A stretch of DNA of 63,980 nt, the filler included, from Octopus bimaculoides (taxonomy: Eukaryota), in NCBI RefSeq assembly GCF_001194135.2. It is 5 parts of 5 records of this genome, joined end to end, with 100 filler letters (N's around TTAATTAATTAA, not from the genome) between each part and the next. Parts side by side here need not be neighbours in the genome. Positions count along the whole stretch, not along the records: positions 32,796 to 62,776 come from NC_068991.1; 4 more parts are not named here. The stretch is one strand, 5' to 3'. A program made the position numbers and the translations under genes. The notes under the pieces are model-generated. The model made no database searches. It was not told the origin of the DNA and saw only the letters and a list, made by a program, of their open reading frames with translations. Shown one piece after another: positions 36,411 through 49,452 of this stretch. Every line of letters starts with the position of its first letter. Positions within the stretch are counted from its first letter, which is position 1.

Positions 36411-36689
36411 CTGGCCAAGGCTTCATTCACTTTGGTGAATGGATAAGGTACTTCCTTATAGGTGTTTTACATGCATATATATATATGACGTCTATCAAAT
36501 CCACTCACAAGGATTTGGTTGGTCTGGAACTATAATAGATGACAATTACCGAAGCTACCACGCGGTCGTACTGAACCGAAGATCACATGGTTGGGAAGCA
36601 AGCTTCTTAACACGAGAAAAAAACTGTTGAAAATCAATGCGTGTGTGTGTGCGAGAGAACTTCTTTGATGTTTTCCAGGATTCTAATTT

Positions 36690-37375
36690 TGAAAGTGGGT
36701 AATAATAGATTAAAATTTTGACACGAGGCCAACAATTTCGGTGGTGGTGATGAATCAATTACATCGACCCCCAGAGTTCAACTAGTATTTAATTTAACGA
36801 CTACAAAAGGATGAAAGGCGAAGTCGACCCCAGTTGAATTTGAACTCAGAACGTAAAGACTCATGAAATGACGCTAAGCCTTTATGCTTGGCGTGCTAAT
36901 GATTCTGCCAGCTCGCCGTCTTAGGAAGTGGCTGGTCTTAGACGTAAATTTCAAGGTGGTGAGCTGGCAAAATCTTTAGTACGCCGAGCAAACTCCTAAA
37001 CGGCATGTCGCCCGTCGCTACGTTCTGAGTTCAAATTCCGCCGAGATCGGCTTTGCTTTTCATCCTTTCGGGGGTCGATAAAATAAATTTTATTTGAGTA
37101 CTGGGGCCTATGCAACCGATTTATTCCATACCCTCACACTCGAAATTGCTGGTCATGCGCCAAAATTTGAAACAATTTTTTTTAAGACCGCGTGTTAGCA
37201 GCCTCGTTATCAAGTCAGGCAAAAAGCATAGTGGCGTTTCGTCTGTCTTTACGTTCTGAGTTCAAATTCCGCCAAGGTTGACTTAACTTTTATCCTTCCG
37301 TAGTCCATGAAATAAGTACCAGTTGAGAAGTGGGGGTCAATGTAATCGACTTACTCTCTACCCCCAAATTGCTGG
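36690..37375. mobile_element. Cluster of three SINE family A copies (36690-36924 -, 36952-37175 +, 37190-37375 +)
   Basis: Family motifs gagctggcag...gagttcaaattccgcc...ggggtcgat. Confidence 0.82.
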
Positions 37376-37609
37376 CCAGCATTAGAGCTAATTCTCTTAT
37401 AGGTACTTATTGTGTTGTTGGACGAAATGGAAATGCAGAATAGAATCTTGCAGGTTATTAATTACAATTGAGAACCTAACAGGGCGTAACGTAACACCAC
37501 AAAGGGATTTCTGTTCGGGTTCTCTATCAATATTTATCATCTCATGCTGCAGGAAGATAAAGTGAGAAAGGACAGGAATAGAAAAAGAAAGAAGAGTAAG
37601 AGAGAAGGG

Positions 37610-37611
<2 letters not shown>

Positions 37612-37682
<71 letters not shown>

Positions 37683-37743
37683 GGTGTTGGTGATGGTGGT
37701 GGTGTTGGTGGTGGTGGTGGTGGTGTTGGTGATGGTGGTGGTG
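37612..37743. repeat. (GTA)n then (GGT)n
   Basis: Direct reading. Confidence 0.95.
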
Positions 37744-38687
37744 NNNNNNNNNNNNNNNNNNNNNNNNNNNNNNNNNNNNNNNNNNNNNNNNNNNNNNNNN
37801 NNNNNNNNNNNNNNNNNNNNNNNNNNNNNNNNNNNNNNNNNNNNNNNNNNNNNNNNNNNNNNNNNNNNNNNNNNNNNNNNNNNNNNNNNNNNNNNNNNNN
37901 NNNNNNNNNNNNNNNNNNNNNNNNNNNNNNNNNNNNNNNNNNNNNNNNNNNNNNNNNNNNNNNNNNNNNNNNNNNNNNNNNNNNNNNNNNNNNNNNNNNN
38001 NNNNNNNNNNNNNNNNNNNNNNNNNNNNNNNNNNNNNNNNNNNNNNNNNNNNNNNNNNNNNNNNNNNNNNNNNNNNNNNNNNNNNNNNNNNNNNNNNNNN
38101 NNNNNNNNNNNNNNNNNNNNNNNNNNNNNNNNNNNNNNNNNNNNNNNNNNNNNNNNNNNNNNNNNNNNNNNNNNNNNNNNNNNNNNNNNNNNNNNNNNNN
38201 NNNNNNNNNNNNNNNNNNNNNNNNNNNNNNNNNNNNNNNNNNNNNNNNNNNNNNNNNNNNNNNNNNNNNNNNNNNNNNNNNNNNNNNNNNNNNNNNNNNN
38301 NNNNNNNNNNNNNNNNNNNNNNNNNNNNNNNNNNNNNNNNNNNNNNNNNNNNNNNNNNNNNNNNNNNNNNNNNNNNNNNNNNNNNNNNNNNNNNNNNNNN
38401 NNNNNNNNNNNNNNNNNNNNNNNNNNNNNNNNNNNNNNNNNNNNNNNNNNNNNNNNNNNNNNNNNNNNNNNNNNNNNNNNNNNNNNNNNNNNNNNNNNNN
38501 NNNNNNNNNNNNNNNNNNNNNNNNNNNNNNNNNNNNNNNNNNNNNNNNNNNNNNNNNNNNNNNNNNNNNNNNNNNNNNNNNNNNNNNNNNNNNNNNNNNN
38601 NNNNNNNNNNNNNNNNNNNNNNNNNNNNNNNNNNNNNNNNNNNNNNNNNNNNNNNNNNNNNNNNNNNNNNNNNNNNNNNNNNNNNNN

Positions 38688-38738
<51 letters not shown>

Positions 38739-38751
38739 CATACATACATAC

Positions 38752-38782
<31 letters not shown>

Positions 38783-38880
38783 ATATATATATACATATAT
38801 ATACATATTTATAAAAGGGCATTACTACAGAATAATGCCACACACTAGACTTCCATAATAAACACATATTTTACATAGGT

Positions 38881-38917
<37 letters not shown>

Positions 38918-39375
38918 AATGTATATACATATATACAATTATACACAGACGCACACATGTGTGTGTCTGTGTCTCTGTGTGTCTGTGTGTGTCTCTGTGT
39001 GTCTGTGTGTGTGTGTGTATGTGTGTGAGTGTGTCTGTGTGTGTGTATAACGCCAATGCCGGTGTTTGCAGATAGATTGAAAGAACTAAGAAACAGGGTA
39101 AAATGAGATAGTGTGAGACAAAGAGAGAAAGAGTGGGAGAGGGGGAGAAGAGGAGAGAGAAAGTGGATGATGGGAAGGAACAAAGTGGTGGGGGGAGGTT
39201 CTGTTTGGTTTGTTGTATTTACCTGTATTCTACAGTTAACCCATTTGTTGTACGGGGGTTTTTGTTTGGGTATGTAATCGTGCTGTGCGCGCAAGCATGA
39301 ATGATGGTTATATATGTGAATATGTGTTCATCTCCCGCTTAAGACATACATGTACAATAACAACGCTTTTATATT

Positions 39376-39426
<51 letters not shown>

Positions 39427-40271
39427 TATGTGTGTGTGTGTGTGTGTGAGTGTGTGTGAGTGTGTGTGACCCGCGCGCTCGTGTGAGTGTATACATACAT
39501 ACATACATATATATANNNNNNNNNNNNNNNNNNNNNNNNNNNNNNNNNNNNNNNNNNNNNNNNNNNNNNNNNNNNNNNNNNNNNNNNNNNNNNNNNNNNN
39601 NNNNNNNNNNNNNNNNNNNNNNNNNNNNNNNNNNNNNNNNNNNNNNNNNNNNNNNNNNNNNNNNNNNNNNNNNNNNNNNNNNNNNNNNNNNNNNNNNNNN
39701 NNNNNNNNNNNNNNNNNNNNNNNNNNNNNNNNNNNNNNNNNNNNNNNNNNNNNNNNNNNNNNNNNNNNNNNNNNNNNNNNNNNNNNNNNNNNNNNNNNNN
39801 NNNNNNNNNNNNNNNNNNNNNNNNNNNNNNNNNNNNNNNNNNNNNNNNNNNNNNNNNNNNNNNNNNNNNNNNNNNNNNNNNNNNNNNNNNNNNNNNNNNN
39901 NNNNNNNNNNNNNNNNNNNNNNNNNNNNNNNNNNNNNNNNNNNNNNNNNNNNNNNNNNNNNNNNNNNNNNNNNNNNNNNNNNNNNNNNNNNNNNNNNNNN
40001 NNNNNNNNNNNNNNNNNNNNNNNNNNNNNNNNNNNNNNNNNNNNNNNNNNNNNNNNNNNNNNNNNNNNNNNNNNNNNNNNNNNNNNNNNNNNNNNNNNNN
40101 NNNNNNNNNNNNNNNNNNNNNNNNNNNNNNNNNNNNNNNNNNNNNNNNNNNNNNNNNNNNNNNNNNNNNNNNNNNNNNNNNNNNNNNNNNNNNNNNNNNN
40201 NNNNNNNNNNNNNNNNNNNNNNNNNNNNNNNNNNNNNNNNNNNNNNNNNNNNNNNNNNNNNNNNNNNNNNN

Positions 40272-40321
<50 letters not shown>

Positions 40322-40361
40322 CATACATTCATAAATACATACATATATGCATACACATATA

Positions 40362-40950
40362 AGCGCAGGTGTAGCTGTGTGATAAGAATATTGCTTCAAA
40401 GCCACATGGTTCCGGGTTCAGTCTCACAGACACACACACACACACATACACACACATGTACAACGAGTTTCTTTCAGTTTCACTCGACCAAATCCACTCC
40501 GAGGCACTTGCCCAAGGTTCCACGCAGTGTGTGTATGTGTGGATGTGTGTACGTGTGTGTTTGTGTTTGAATTTGTCCCCTCCCACCACCACAACCGCTA
40601 AACAACCAGTGTTGGTGGGTGTGTTTGCGTCTCCGTGACCTAGCGGTTCAGTATAAGGACCCGACTGAATAAGTGTCGGGCTTAAAATGAAATACTGGAT
40701 CGATTCATCCGAATAAAAATTCAAAGCGCCTCCCCAGCATGGCTACAGTCTAATGACTGAAACAAGCAAACAAAAAGCAGACATAATACAAAGGGCTTCT
40801 TTCAGTTTCCGTCTACAAAATCCCACTCACAAGGCTTTGGTCAGCCCTAGACTATAATGGATGACACTTAGCTAAGATCCCACGCAGTGAGACTGAACCC
40901 GGAACCATGTGGCTTTGAAGCAATATTCTTACCACACAGCCACACCTGCG
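40362..40950. mobile_element. SINE family B, two opposed copies (40362-40775 +, 40790-40950 -)
   Basis: Both heads (ccacatggttccgggttcagtctca) present in opposite orientation. Confidence 0.75.
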
Positions 40951-41684
40951 CCTATATGTTTATGTATATATGTATATATGTATTTATGAATGTATATATA
41001 TATATNNNNNNNNNNNNNNNNNNNNNNNNNNNNNNNNNNNNNNNNNNNNNNNNNNNNNNNNNNNNNNNNNNNNNNNNNNNNNNNNNNNNNNNNNNNNNNN
41101 NNNNNNNNNNNNNNNNNNNNNNNNNNNNNNNNNNNNNNNNNNNNNNNNNNNNNNNNNNNNNNNNNNNNNNNNNNNNNNNNNNNNNNNNNNNNNNNNNNNN
41201 NNNNNNNNNNNNNNNNNNNNNNNNNNNNNNNNNNNNNNNNNNNNNNNNNNNNNNNNNNNNNNNNNNNNNNNNNNNNNNNNNNNNNNNNNNNNNNNNNNNN
41301 NNNNNNNNNNNNNNNNNNNNNNNNNNNNNNNNNNNNNNNNNNNNNNNNNNNNNNNNNNNNNNNNNNNNNNNNNNNNNNNNNNNNNNNNNNNNNNNNNNNN
41401 NNNNNNNNNNNNNNNNNNNNNNNNNNNNNNNNNNNNNNNNNNNNNNNNNNNNNNNNNNNNNNNNNNNNNNNNNNNNNNNNNNNNNNNNNNNNNNNNNNNN
41501 NNNNNNNNNNNNNNNNNNNNNNNNNNNNNNNNNNNNNNNNNNNNNNNNNNNNNNNNNNNNNNNNNNNNNNNNNNNNNNNNNNNNNNNNNNNNNNNNNNNN
41601 NNNNNNNNNNNNNNNNNNNNNNNNNNNNNNNNNNNNNNNNNNNNNNNNNNNNNNNNNNNNNNNNNNNNNNNNNNNNNNNNNNNN

Positions 41685-41719
<35 letters not shown>

Positions 41720-42877
41720 TTATGAATACATACATATATATAAATATATCGTATGACTCTTTCTAGTCAAAGACTTCATCGAGGTTATTGTAGCCTCAGC
41801 TCTAATGGTGGTAACAACAACAACCAGAACATGTCACGTAATGAACCTCTGCGTGACCGATTGATCTGCTAGAAATATCAGCTAAAAAAATTAGACAGGA
41901 CACAATGGGTAATATTTATTCCATAAGGTCCATATATATTGCATTGGTCGCGTTTGGAAATGCTTTGGAAATGGTTTGGAAATGGTATGACGAAAGTTAA
42001 CGTGGATCCAAACGCAACAGTAACAACAGCAACATCCTCATCACCAACGCAAGAGACAACGTCAACAGTGACAATATAGTCAAACAGTTAACAACACGGT
42101 GAGTAAAAACAAAGAGAAAAGAGAGAGGGGGAGAGGGAGTGAAGGAGCGAGTGGGGGAGGGAGAGTGAGACTAAGGAAGATTACTAAACAGTAAAAGCAA
42201 CAATAGTTTCTGCTCCAATTGAATTCAAAATGGCAGCGGTGTAGGAGAAAAAGTTGCGTGAAAATCTGTCAGGCCTTATACATATACGTGTGTGTTTGTG
42301 TGTGTGTTTGTGTGAGTGTGTGTGTATTTGTGTGTGTGTGTGTGTGTATGCTTGCGTGCGTGCATGTACATGCTTTTACGAACAGGTGTATGTGTGAGAG
42401 AGAGAAGAAATAAGTAAAAGAGATTGAACGAATGAAAGAAAGAAAGAAAGAAAGAAAGAATTAAAGTGAGAAAGAAAGAATGACTGAATGAAAGAAAGAT
42501 TATATCAAAGAAAGAATGAAAGAAACAAACAAACAAAAAAAAACGAAGAATGAAAGAAAGGAAGAAAGAAAAAGAAAGGATGAATGAAAGAAAGTAATAC
42601 TGGAAGAATGAATGGCAGAAAAGAAGAAAGAAAGAAAGAAAGAATGAAAGAGGTTTTCGTGTGCTCTTGCGTGAGTGTATGTACAGGTGTTTTGTGTCCA
42701 AATATGTGTTTGTGTGAGAAAGGGACAGAGAGAAAGAGAGAGACAGAGAGAAAGAGAGACAGAGAAATTAGATGTGCTCTTGAATGAATATCCTTGTGTG
42801 GTTTGTGTACGGGTTTATATGTGTATTCTGGTACCTAAGTGAGAGATATTGTCTTCAAATGTGCCTGCGTGTGAGTC

Positions 42878-42996
<119 letters not shown>

Positions 42997-43466
42997 TCGT
43001 GCGTTCAAGAATGCTTGTACATGNNNNNNNNNNNNNNNNNNNNNNNNNNNNNNNNNNNNNNNNNNNNNNNNNNNNNNNNNNNNNNNNNNNNNNNNNNNNN
43101 NNNNNNNNNNNNNNNNNNNNNNNNNNNNNNNNNNNNNNNNNNNNNNNNNNNNNNNNNNNNNNNNNNNNNNNNNNNNNNNNNNNNNNNNNNNNNNNNNNNN
43201 NNNNNNNNNNNNNNNNNNNNNNNNNNNNNNNNNNNNNNNNNNNNNNNNNNNNNNNNNNNNNNNNNNNNNNNNNNNNNNNNNNNNNNNNNNNNNNNNNNNN
43301 NNNNNNNNNNNNNNNNNNNNNNNNNNNNNNNNNNNNNNNNNNNNNNNNNNNNNNNNNAATGCTTGTACATGTGTTTTTGTGAGCAGGTGTGTGAGAGAGT
43401 ACGTTTGCTATATAAGTGTGTATGTGCGTTTATGTGTTTATGAAAGAAAGATAGAAAACGCGAGTG

Positions 43467-43531
<65 letters not shown>

Positions 43532-43556
43532 AAGACAGACAGACAGACAGACAGAA

Positions 43557-43599
<43 letters not shown>

Positions 43600-43971
43600 T
43601 AGTGAATGCATGTCTACAAGTGCTTTTCTGTGCGCGTTCATGTGTGTGTGTGTGTATGTATGTGTGAGCATGTCTACAGTTATATACCTGCCTGTGTATG
43701 CATATCTACACACACACACGCACACATATATATATATATGTGTATATACGTGTATATACGTACATATACGTGTATAATTCAAATTTACAGAAACAAACTA
43801 AAAGACGAAGGCAGGTGCATTAATTTCACGCTCGGGAAGAATGGAAAAGTCTTTTATGTTTCGAGCCTATGCGCTTCATCAGAAAGGATTAAGAGGGGGA
43901 AAACGAAGAATGAAAAAAATATATACGGAGAGAGAAAAAGATGTGTGGAGAATAACGGTTCAACATAGTGA

Positions 43972-44124
<153 letters not shown>

Positions 44125-44202
44125 GATGCAAACAGGAAAAAATACAACTCAAAATATGAATATATCTATATTTTTATTAATATTTAGTAGTAGTAACCTC
44201 GG

Positions 44203-45133
44203 ACCTCCTCATCGAAACAAAACTCCGGAAGAAAACCAAAACTTTCAGATAGGGACCGTCGGACTCTTACGCAAAGTGTTAGAAAGGTTCACAAAAGTAC
44301 AGCTCCCATAATTACTGCAGAGTTTAATGACTACCTCGATAACCCAGTTTCCACAAAAACTGTTCGCCGGAAACTGCACAAAGCCAGATTTCACGGGAGG
44401 GTTGCAATCAGAAAACCACTACTTTCAAAAACAAATGTTGCAAAGTGTTTAGAGTGGAGTAAAAACCTACAGAATTGGTCCCTAGAGAATCTTATTTTCT
44501 CGGACGAGTCATCCTTTACCTTATTTCCGACCACCGATCGAGTATACGTGTGGAGACAGCCAAAAGAAGCATTTAACCCAGACTGCTATCTTCCAACTGT
44601 TAAACATGGAGGAGGATATGTGATGATCTGGGAGGCTATATCTTGAAAATCCACCGGCCCGATGGTTTCCCTTCATGGCAGAATTAATGGTCAAGACTAT
44701 TTAAGCATTTTATCTGATCAAATTCATCCTATGGTTGCAGAACTGTTTCCGGGGGAAAACGCAATCTTTCAGAATGATAATGCACCAATTCACACAACTA
44801 AAGCTGTTACTGAATGGCACGAGGAACATTCTAATGAAGTTGAACATCTCATCTGGCCACCACAGTGTTCAGATTTCAATATTATTGAACATTTATGGTG
44901 CATTTTAGAAAAGCAAGTAAGAAGTTTATATCCTCCACCATTGTCACTACAAGAACTCGAGGCTGTTTTAGCTGAAGAATGAACAAAAATTCCTTTGGAA
45001 ACAATTCAAACTTTGTACGAGTCCATACCTCGTAGGCTTCAAGCAGTAATTACTGTCAAAGGTGGTCCTACCCCATATTAACATAAATTCGTTTGAAATT
45101 TTAAGGTGTTTCCATTATTTTGTCAAACCCTTG
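44203..45133 (+). mobile_element. 5'-truncated Tc1-family transposon with DD36E triad (Incomer-like), pseudogenised
   Basis: One frame from NSGRKPKLSDRDRR through IFSDES (D 44503), KHGGG, FQNDNAPIH (D 44776), DFNIIEHLW (E 44887) to KGGPTPY* (45081). Two W-to-TGA stops (44644, 44980). TIR-like end ...ttttgtcaaacccttg followed by TA. Confidence 0.92.
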
Positions 45134-46664
45134 TATAATACTTAAGCAAGACGTATTATAGGAAGAAATTCAAAATCATAATAATATTGTATATGACTTG
45201 TGATATTTGCGTTACCTTAATGTTTGGCGTCTTGTTTAACTATTGTATATCTGCTGCATCAGAAATCTGCAATGGCTCCATAACCACCGTCTCGGCTATA
45301 ACGTTGGAGCCCCAGTAATCCGTTACAGCACTTACCAAGCGTACCTAATCGTTCAGAGCACCTGTCAATTAAACTCCTGTACTTTGTATATATGCATGTA
45401 TATATATATATATATGCATGTGTATATATATATGCATGTATATATATATATATATATATATATATNNNNNNNNNNNNNNNNNNNNNNNNNNNNNNNNNNN
45501 NNNNNNNNNNNNNNNNNNNNNNNNNNNNNNNNNNNNNNNNNNNNNNNNNNNNNNNNNNNNNNNNNNNNNNNNNNNNNNNNNNNNNNNNNNNNNNNNNNNN
45601 NNNNNNNNNNNNNNNNNNNNNNNNNNNNNNNNNNNNNNNNNNNNNNNNNNNNNNNNNNNNNNNNNNNNNNNNNNNNNNNNNNNNNNNNNNNNNNNNNNNN
45701 NNNNNNNNNNNNNNNNNNNNNNNNNNNNNNNNNNNNNNNNNNNNNNNNNNNNNNNNNNNNNNNNNNNNNNNNNNNNNNNNNNNNNNNNNNNNNNNNNNNN
45801 NNNNNNNNNNNNNNNNNNNNNNNNNNNNNNNNNNNNNNNNNNNNNNNNNNNNNNNNNNNNNNNNNNNNNNNNNNNNNNNNNNNNNNNNNNNNNNNNNNNN
45901 NNNNNNNNNNNNNNNNNNNNNNNNNNNNNNNNNNNNNNNNNNNNNNNNNNNNNNNNNNNNNNNNNNNNNNNNNNNNNNNNNNNNNNNNNNNNNNNNNNNN
46001 NNNNNNNNNNNNNNNNNNNNNNNNNNNNNNNNNNNNNNNNNNNNNNNNNNNNNNNNNNNNNNNNNNNNNNNNNNNNNNNNNNNNNNNNNNNNNNNNNNNN
46101 NNNNNNNNNNNNNNNNNNNNNNNNNNNNNNNNNNNNNNNNNNNNNNNNNNNNNNNNNNNNNNNNNNNNNNNNNNNNGGGGGAGGAGGAGGAGGAGGTTCC
46201 TCATCATCATCATCGACATGTTCACCGAAAGAATTGATAGTGATTTTAATGTTGCTGCTACTAATGAAGCCTACGTTTTTTATTGTTGTAATCTTGCTGC
46301 TGCTGCTGCTGCCCAGGACACAATGGCGACTTGAAAATATCGCCATGATGCTGCCTGTTTACCGGTAAGAATAGCAAAGAAATTTGATAGCCGTCCATTT
46401 AGAGAAGGTCTTCTGCTTCTTTCCTCCTTTCTCTTTTTCCATGGCTCTGCTTCTTTCCTTCATTTATCTTGTTTATTTATTTATTTCCTTTAAATATTCC
46501 TTCCCATTCATTCACTCACGCTTTCTTCTCTCTAGTATTTCTTTCTCTTTCTATCTCTCCTTTTTCTCTCCTTCTTTCTCGCTTTCTCACTTCTCCTCCC
46601 CATTCACTTACATCGTAATTATCACACATTATCCTTCATTCTATGATTATATTTCAGTATGTAT

Positions 46665-46884
46665 TCCTTTACTTGTTTCAGTCATTTGAATGCGGCCATG
46701 CTGGAGCACCGCCTTTAGTCGAACAAATCGATCCCAGGATTTAATCTTTGTAAGCCTAGCACTTATTCTATCGGTCTTTTTTGCCGAAACGCAAGATAAC
46801 GGGGACGTAAACACACCAACATCGGTTGTTAAGCGATCGATGGTGGGGGGACAGACACAGACACAGACACACACAAATATATTC

Positions 46885-46983
<99 letters not shown>

Positions 46984-47132
46984 CGACAGGCTTCTTTCTG
47001 TTTCCGTCTACAAAAAATTCACCCACAAGGCTTTGGTTGACTCGAGGCTATGGTAGAAGACACTTGCCCAAGCTGCCACGCAGTGGGACTGAACCCCGAA
47101 CCATGTGGTTGGTTAGCAAGCTACTTGCCACA
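46665..47132 (-). mobile_element. SINE family B with internal (TG)n/(TA)n, near full length
   Basis: On the minus strand: tRNA-like head ggtt..gggttcagtcccactgcgtggc, ggcaagtgtcttctac, gaaactgaaagaagcc, microsatellite, then ggcggtgctccagcatggccgca..tgactgaaacaagtaaaag tail. Confidence 0.88.
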
Positions 47133-47145
47133 TAGTATATGTATG

Positions 47146-47780
47146 TTATCATTTTGTTTTATTTCTAGATTTCCAGCTGATATAAAAAGAACCGGTTTCT
47201 AACCTTCATCCAAACTTCCTTCATTGGAATTTTAAGCAACAACAAGGTATTTGTGCATGCTTGTGTGTATGTGTGCAATATTTAGAGTCAGAGCATTGCA
47301 GATGTGTGTATTTTGTTTTAGGCGTGTGTTCTCATACGTATAGCTGCATGTCTAGACATGCGCGTATATACTTAAATTCTAAGCTTTGGAAAGTTGTACA
47401 TATTTCGACAGTTCAGTTCATGGCCTGTATTTGTAATCTTCTAATTAGTTTTTTCTTCTTCTGGTTTTGAGAAGCTTAATTTCTCAAGATTGGCGCTGTG
47501 GCAGTTTGTTACAATATTTTAGTGCCCCAATAATTACAGGTATAAATCTGAACTTGTAATCCTAGTAGAGCAGCTGTAAATTTCTCAATAGGGCGGCGTA
47601 GATGTCTTCTTTTTCACTCATCTTTAGCTTTATGTTGACATCCGCTGGGCAACTGACTTCCACTACCGTACATAGTTTCTCTTCACTGACCCAAATCACT
47701 GTGCCGACTCTATTATGTTGGCATTTTATGTTTTCACAGAGACGTAACACCAGGAACCTCACACGTTAACGATGAAATTC
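47146..47780 (-). mobile_element. 3' end (RLE domain + 3' UTR) of an R4/Dong-like retrotransposon
   Basis: KCQHNRV..VIWVSEEKLCTVVEVSCPADVNIKLKMSEKEDIYAALLRNLQLLY*DYKFRFIPVIIGAL...LIRRLQIQ..TVEICTTF; 3' UTR ends aataaaacaaaatgataa|catacata. Confidence 0.8.
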
Positions 47781-47831
47781 TGTGTATGCATGTATGCATG
47801 TATGTATGTATGTATGTATTATGTATGTATG

Positions 47832-47886
<55 letters not shown>

Positions 47887-48257
47887 CGCCTGTGTTAGAA
47901 TGGGAGCAGCTGATGAAGGAAGATGTTCTCTATGTGGCTTGTTTGTTGTGTGTTTTCTGTACTCTGGTTATTATTATTTTTTGTCTACGTTTTGTTTGCA
48001 GCGTCCTGTACCCAGATATGCACCTATATATACAGGTAGATGTAGGTATGCACATACTTGTACGTATATATGCATATACTCATTTATTATTTGTTTTATA
48101 TATATANNNNNNNNNNNNNNNNNNNNNNNNNNNNNNNNNNNNNNNNNNNNNNNNNNNNNNNNNNNNNNNNNNNNNNNNNNNNNNNNNNNNNNNNNNNNNN
48201 NNNNNNNNNNNNNNNNNNNNNNNNNNNNNNNNNNNNNNNNNNNNNNNNNNNNNNNNN

Positions 48258-48295
<38 letters not shown>

Positions 48296-48420
48296 TTACT
48301 CTTTTACTTGTTTCAGTCATTTGACTGCGGCCATGCTGGAGCACCGCCTTTAGTCGACCAAATCGACCCCAGGACTTATTCTTTGTAAGCCTAGTACTTA
48401 TTCTATCAGTCTCGGTATAT

Positions 48421-48613
48421 ATATATATACCGAGTAAGCACATAAATGCGAAACAAGGTGAAAAAAATAGTACTTGAATACCAGAGATAGAGTAATATGC
48501 TTTATTGAAATGCAGCAGAAATATCACAAAAACTGTTACTCAGAGTTTCACGTTCCCCTTCGTCTGTCCGATGAACGGGAACATGCAACTCTGAGTAACA
48601 GTTTTTGTGATAT
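48421..48613 (-). mobile_element. Penelope-like element pseudo-LTR remnant with inverted 5' copy
   Basis: Hammerhead-like motif followed on the minus strand by AATAAA and ending in (TA)n; about 40-bp arms form a hairpin over 48521-48613. Confidence 0.5.
48564..48601 (+). ncRNA. Minimal type I hammerhead-ribozyme-like motif (degenerate), with an inverted second copy at 48533-48567 (-)
   Basis: CTGT-CCGATGA-ACG-GGAA-CAT-GCAA-CTC-T-GAG-TA-ACAG: stem I CTGT/ACAG, core like CUGAUGA, short stem II, near-palindromic stem III, GUA site. The minus copy reads CAGACGA-AGG-GGAA-CGT-GAAA-CTCTGAG-TA-ACAG. Confidence 0.6.
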
Positions 48614-49419
48614 ATGAAAATTTATAATTATGATTATAATTAACTATAATTACAACAGAGGATAAGAGAGTGTAACAGAGGGTGGAAAGAGGAGCTAGAT
48701 CCTCAAGTAAACCACCGAATTACACTGAAATATACAATGGATCAACAGAAATCGGGCAAGTGAGTAAGGATTATCAAAAATCGTCATAGGTCAAAGCTGT
48801 AGAATGAAGAATTGCATATACTTGGATCATGATTTCGATTTCTGGCTATTGCCTCAACTCACCTCGCTGGAATCCGTATGTACGTGTGTGTGTGTTTGTC
48901 TGTGTGTGTGTGTGTGTGTGTATGTGTGAGAGAGAGTGTGTGTGTGTGTGTATGTGTGTGTGTGTCTATGTGTGTGTGTGTATGTGTGTTTGTGTGTAAT
49001 GGGTGCAGTATAGCTAAATGGTTGTGCAGGCGTGGCTGTGTGGTTAGAAGTTTGCTTCTCCTTTTTGTTATCACCTTCATCTCATTAATGTCTGTGTCCA
49101 GCCCGCAGCTTCTTTATGTTTGTCTGCCCTTGTTTGTCCCCTCTTTGTAAGGCCTTAATGGCCAATATATATGAAATAAAGAAGTTTGCTTCTCAACCAC
49201 ATGGTTTCGGGTTCAGTCACAATTTCAACAGATAGAGATTCATGCAGGAGCAGGTAATTCAGTTGATCGAACAAGTGAATCCTCATCGTCAGAAGATGGA
49301 GTTCTCCTACACTCTCACGCTTGCTCACACACACACGCACACACACACACATACATAAATACATACATACATATATGCATACATGCATGCATGCATACAT
49401 ACATACATACATACATACA

Positions 49420-49452
<33 letters not shown>

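Noticed and set aside
37403-37453. Candidate CCDC74 exon VLIVLLDEMEMQNRILQ
   Set aside because: Phase 0 does not fit the phase-1 donor at 32642; weak donor; no recognisable homology.
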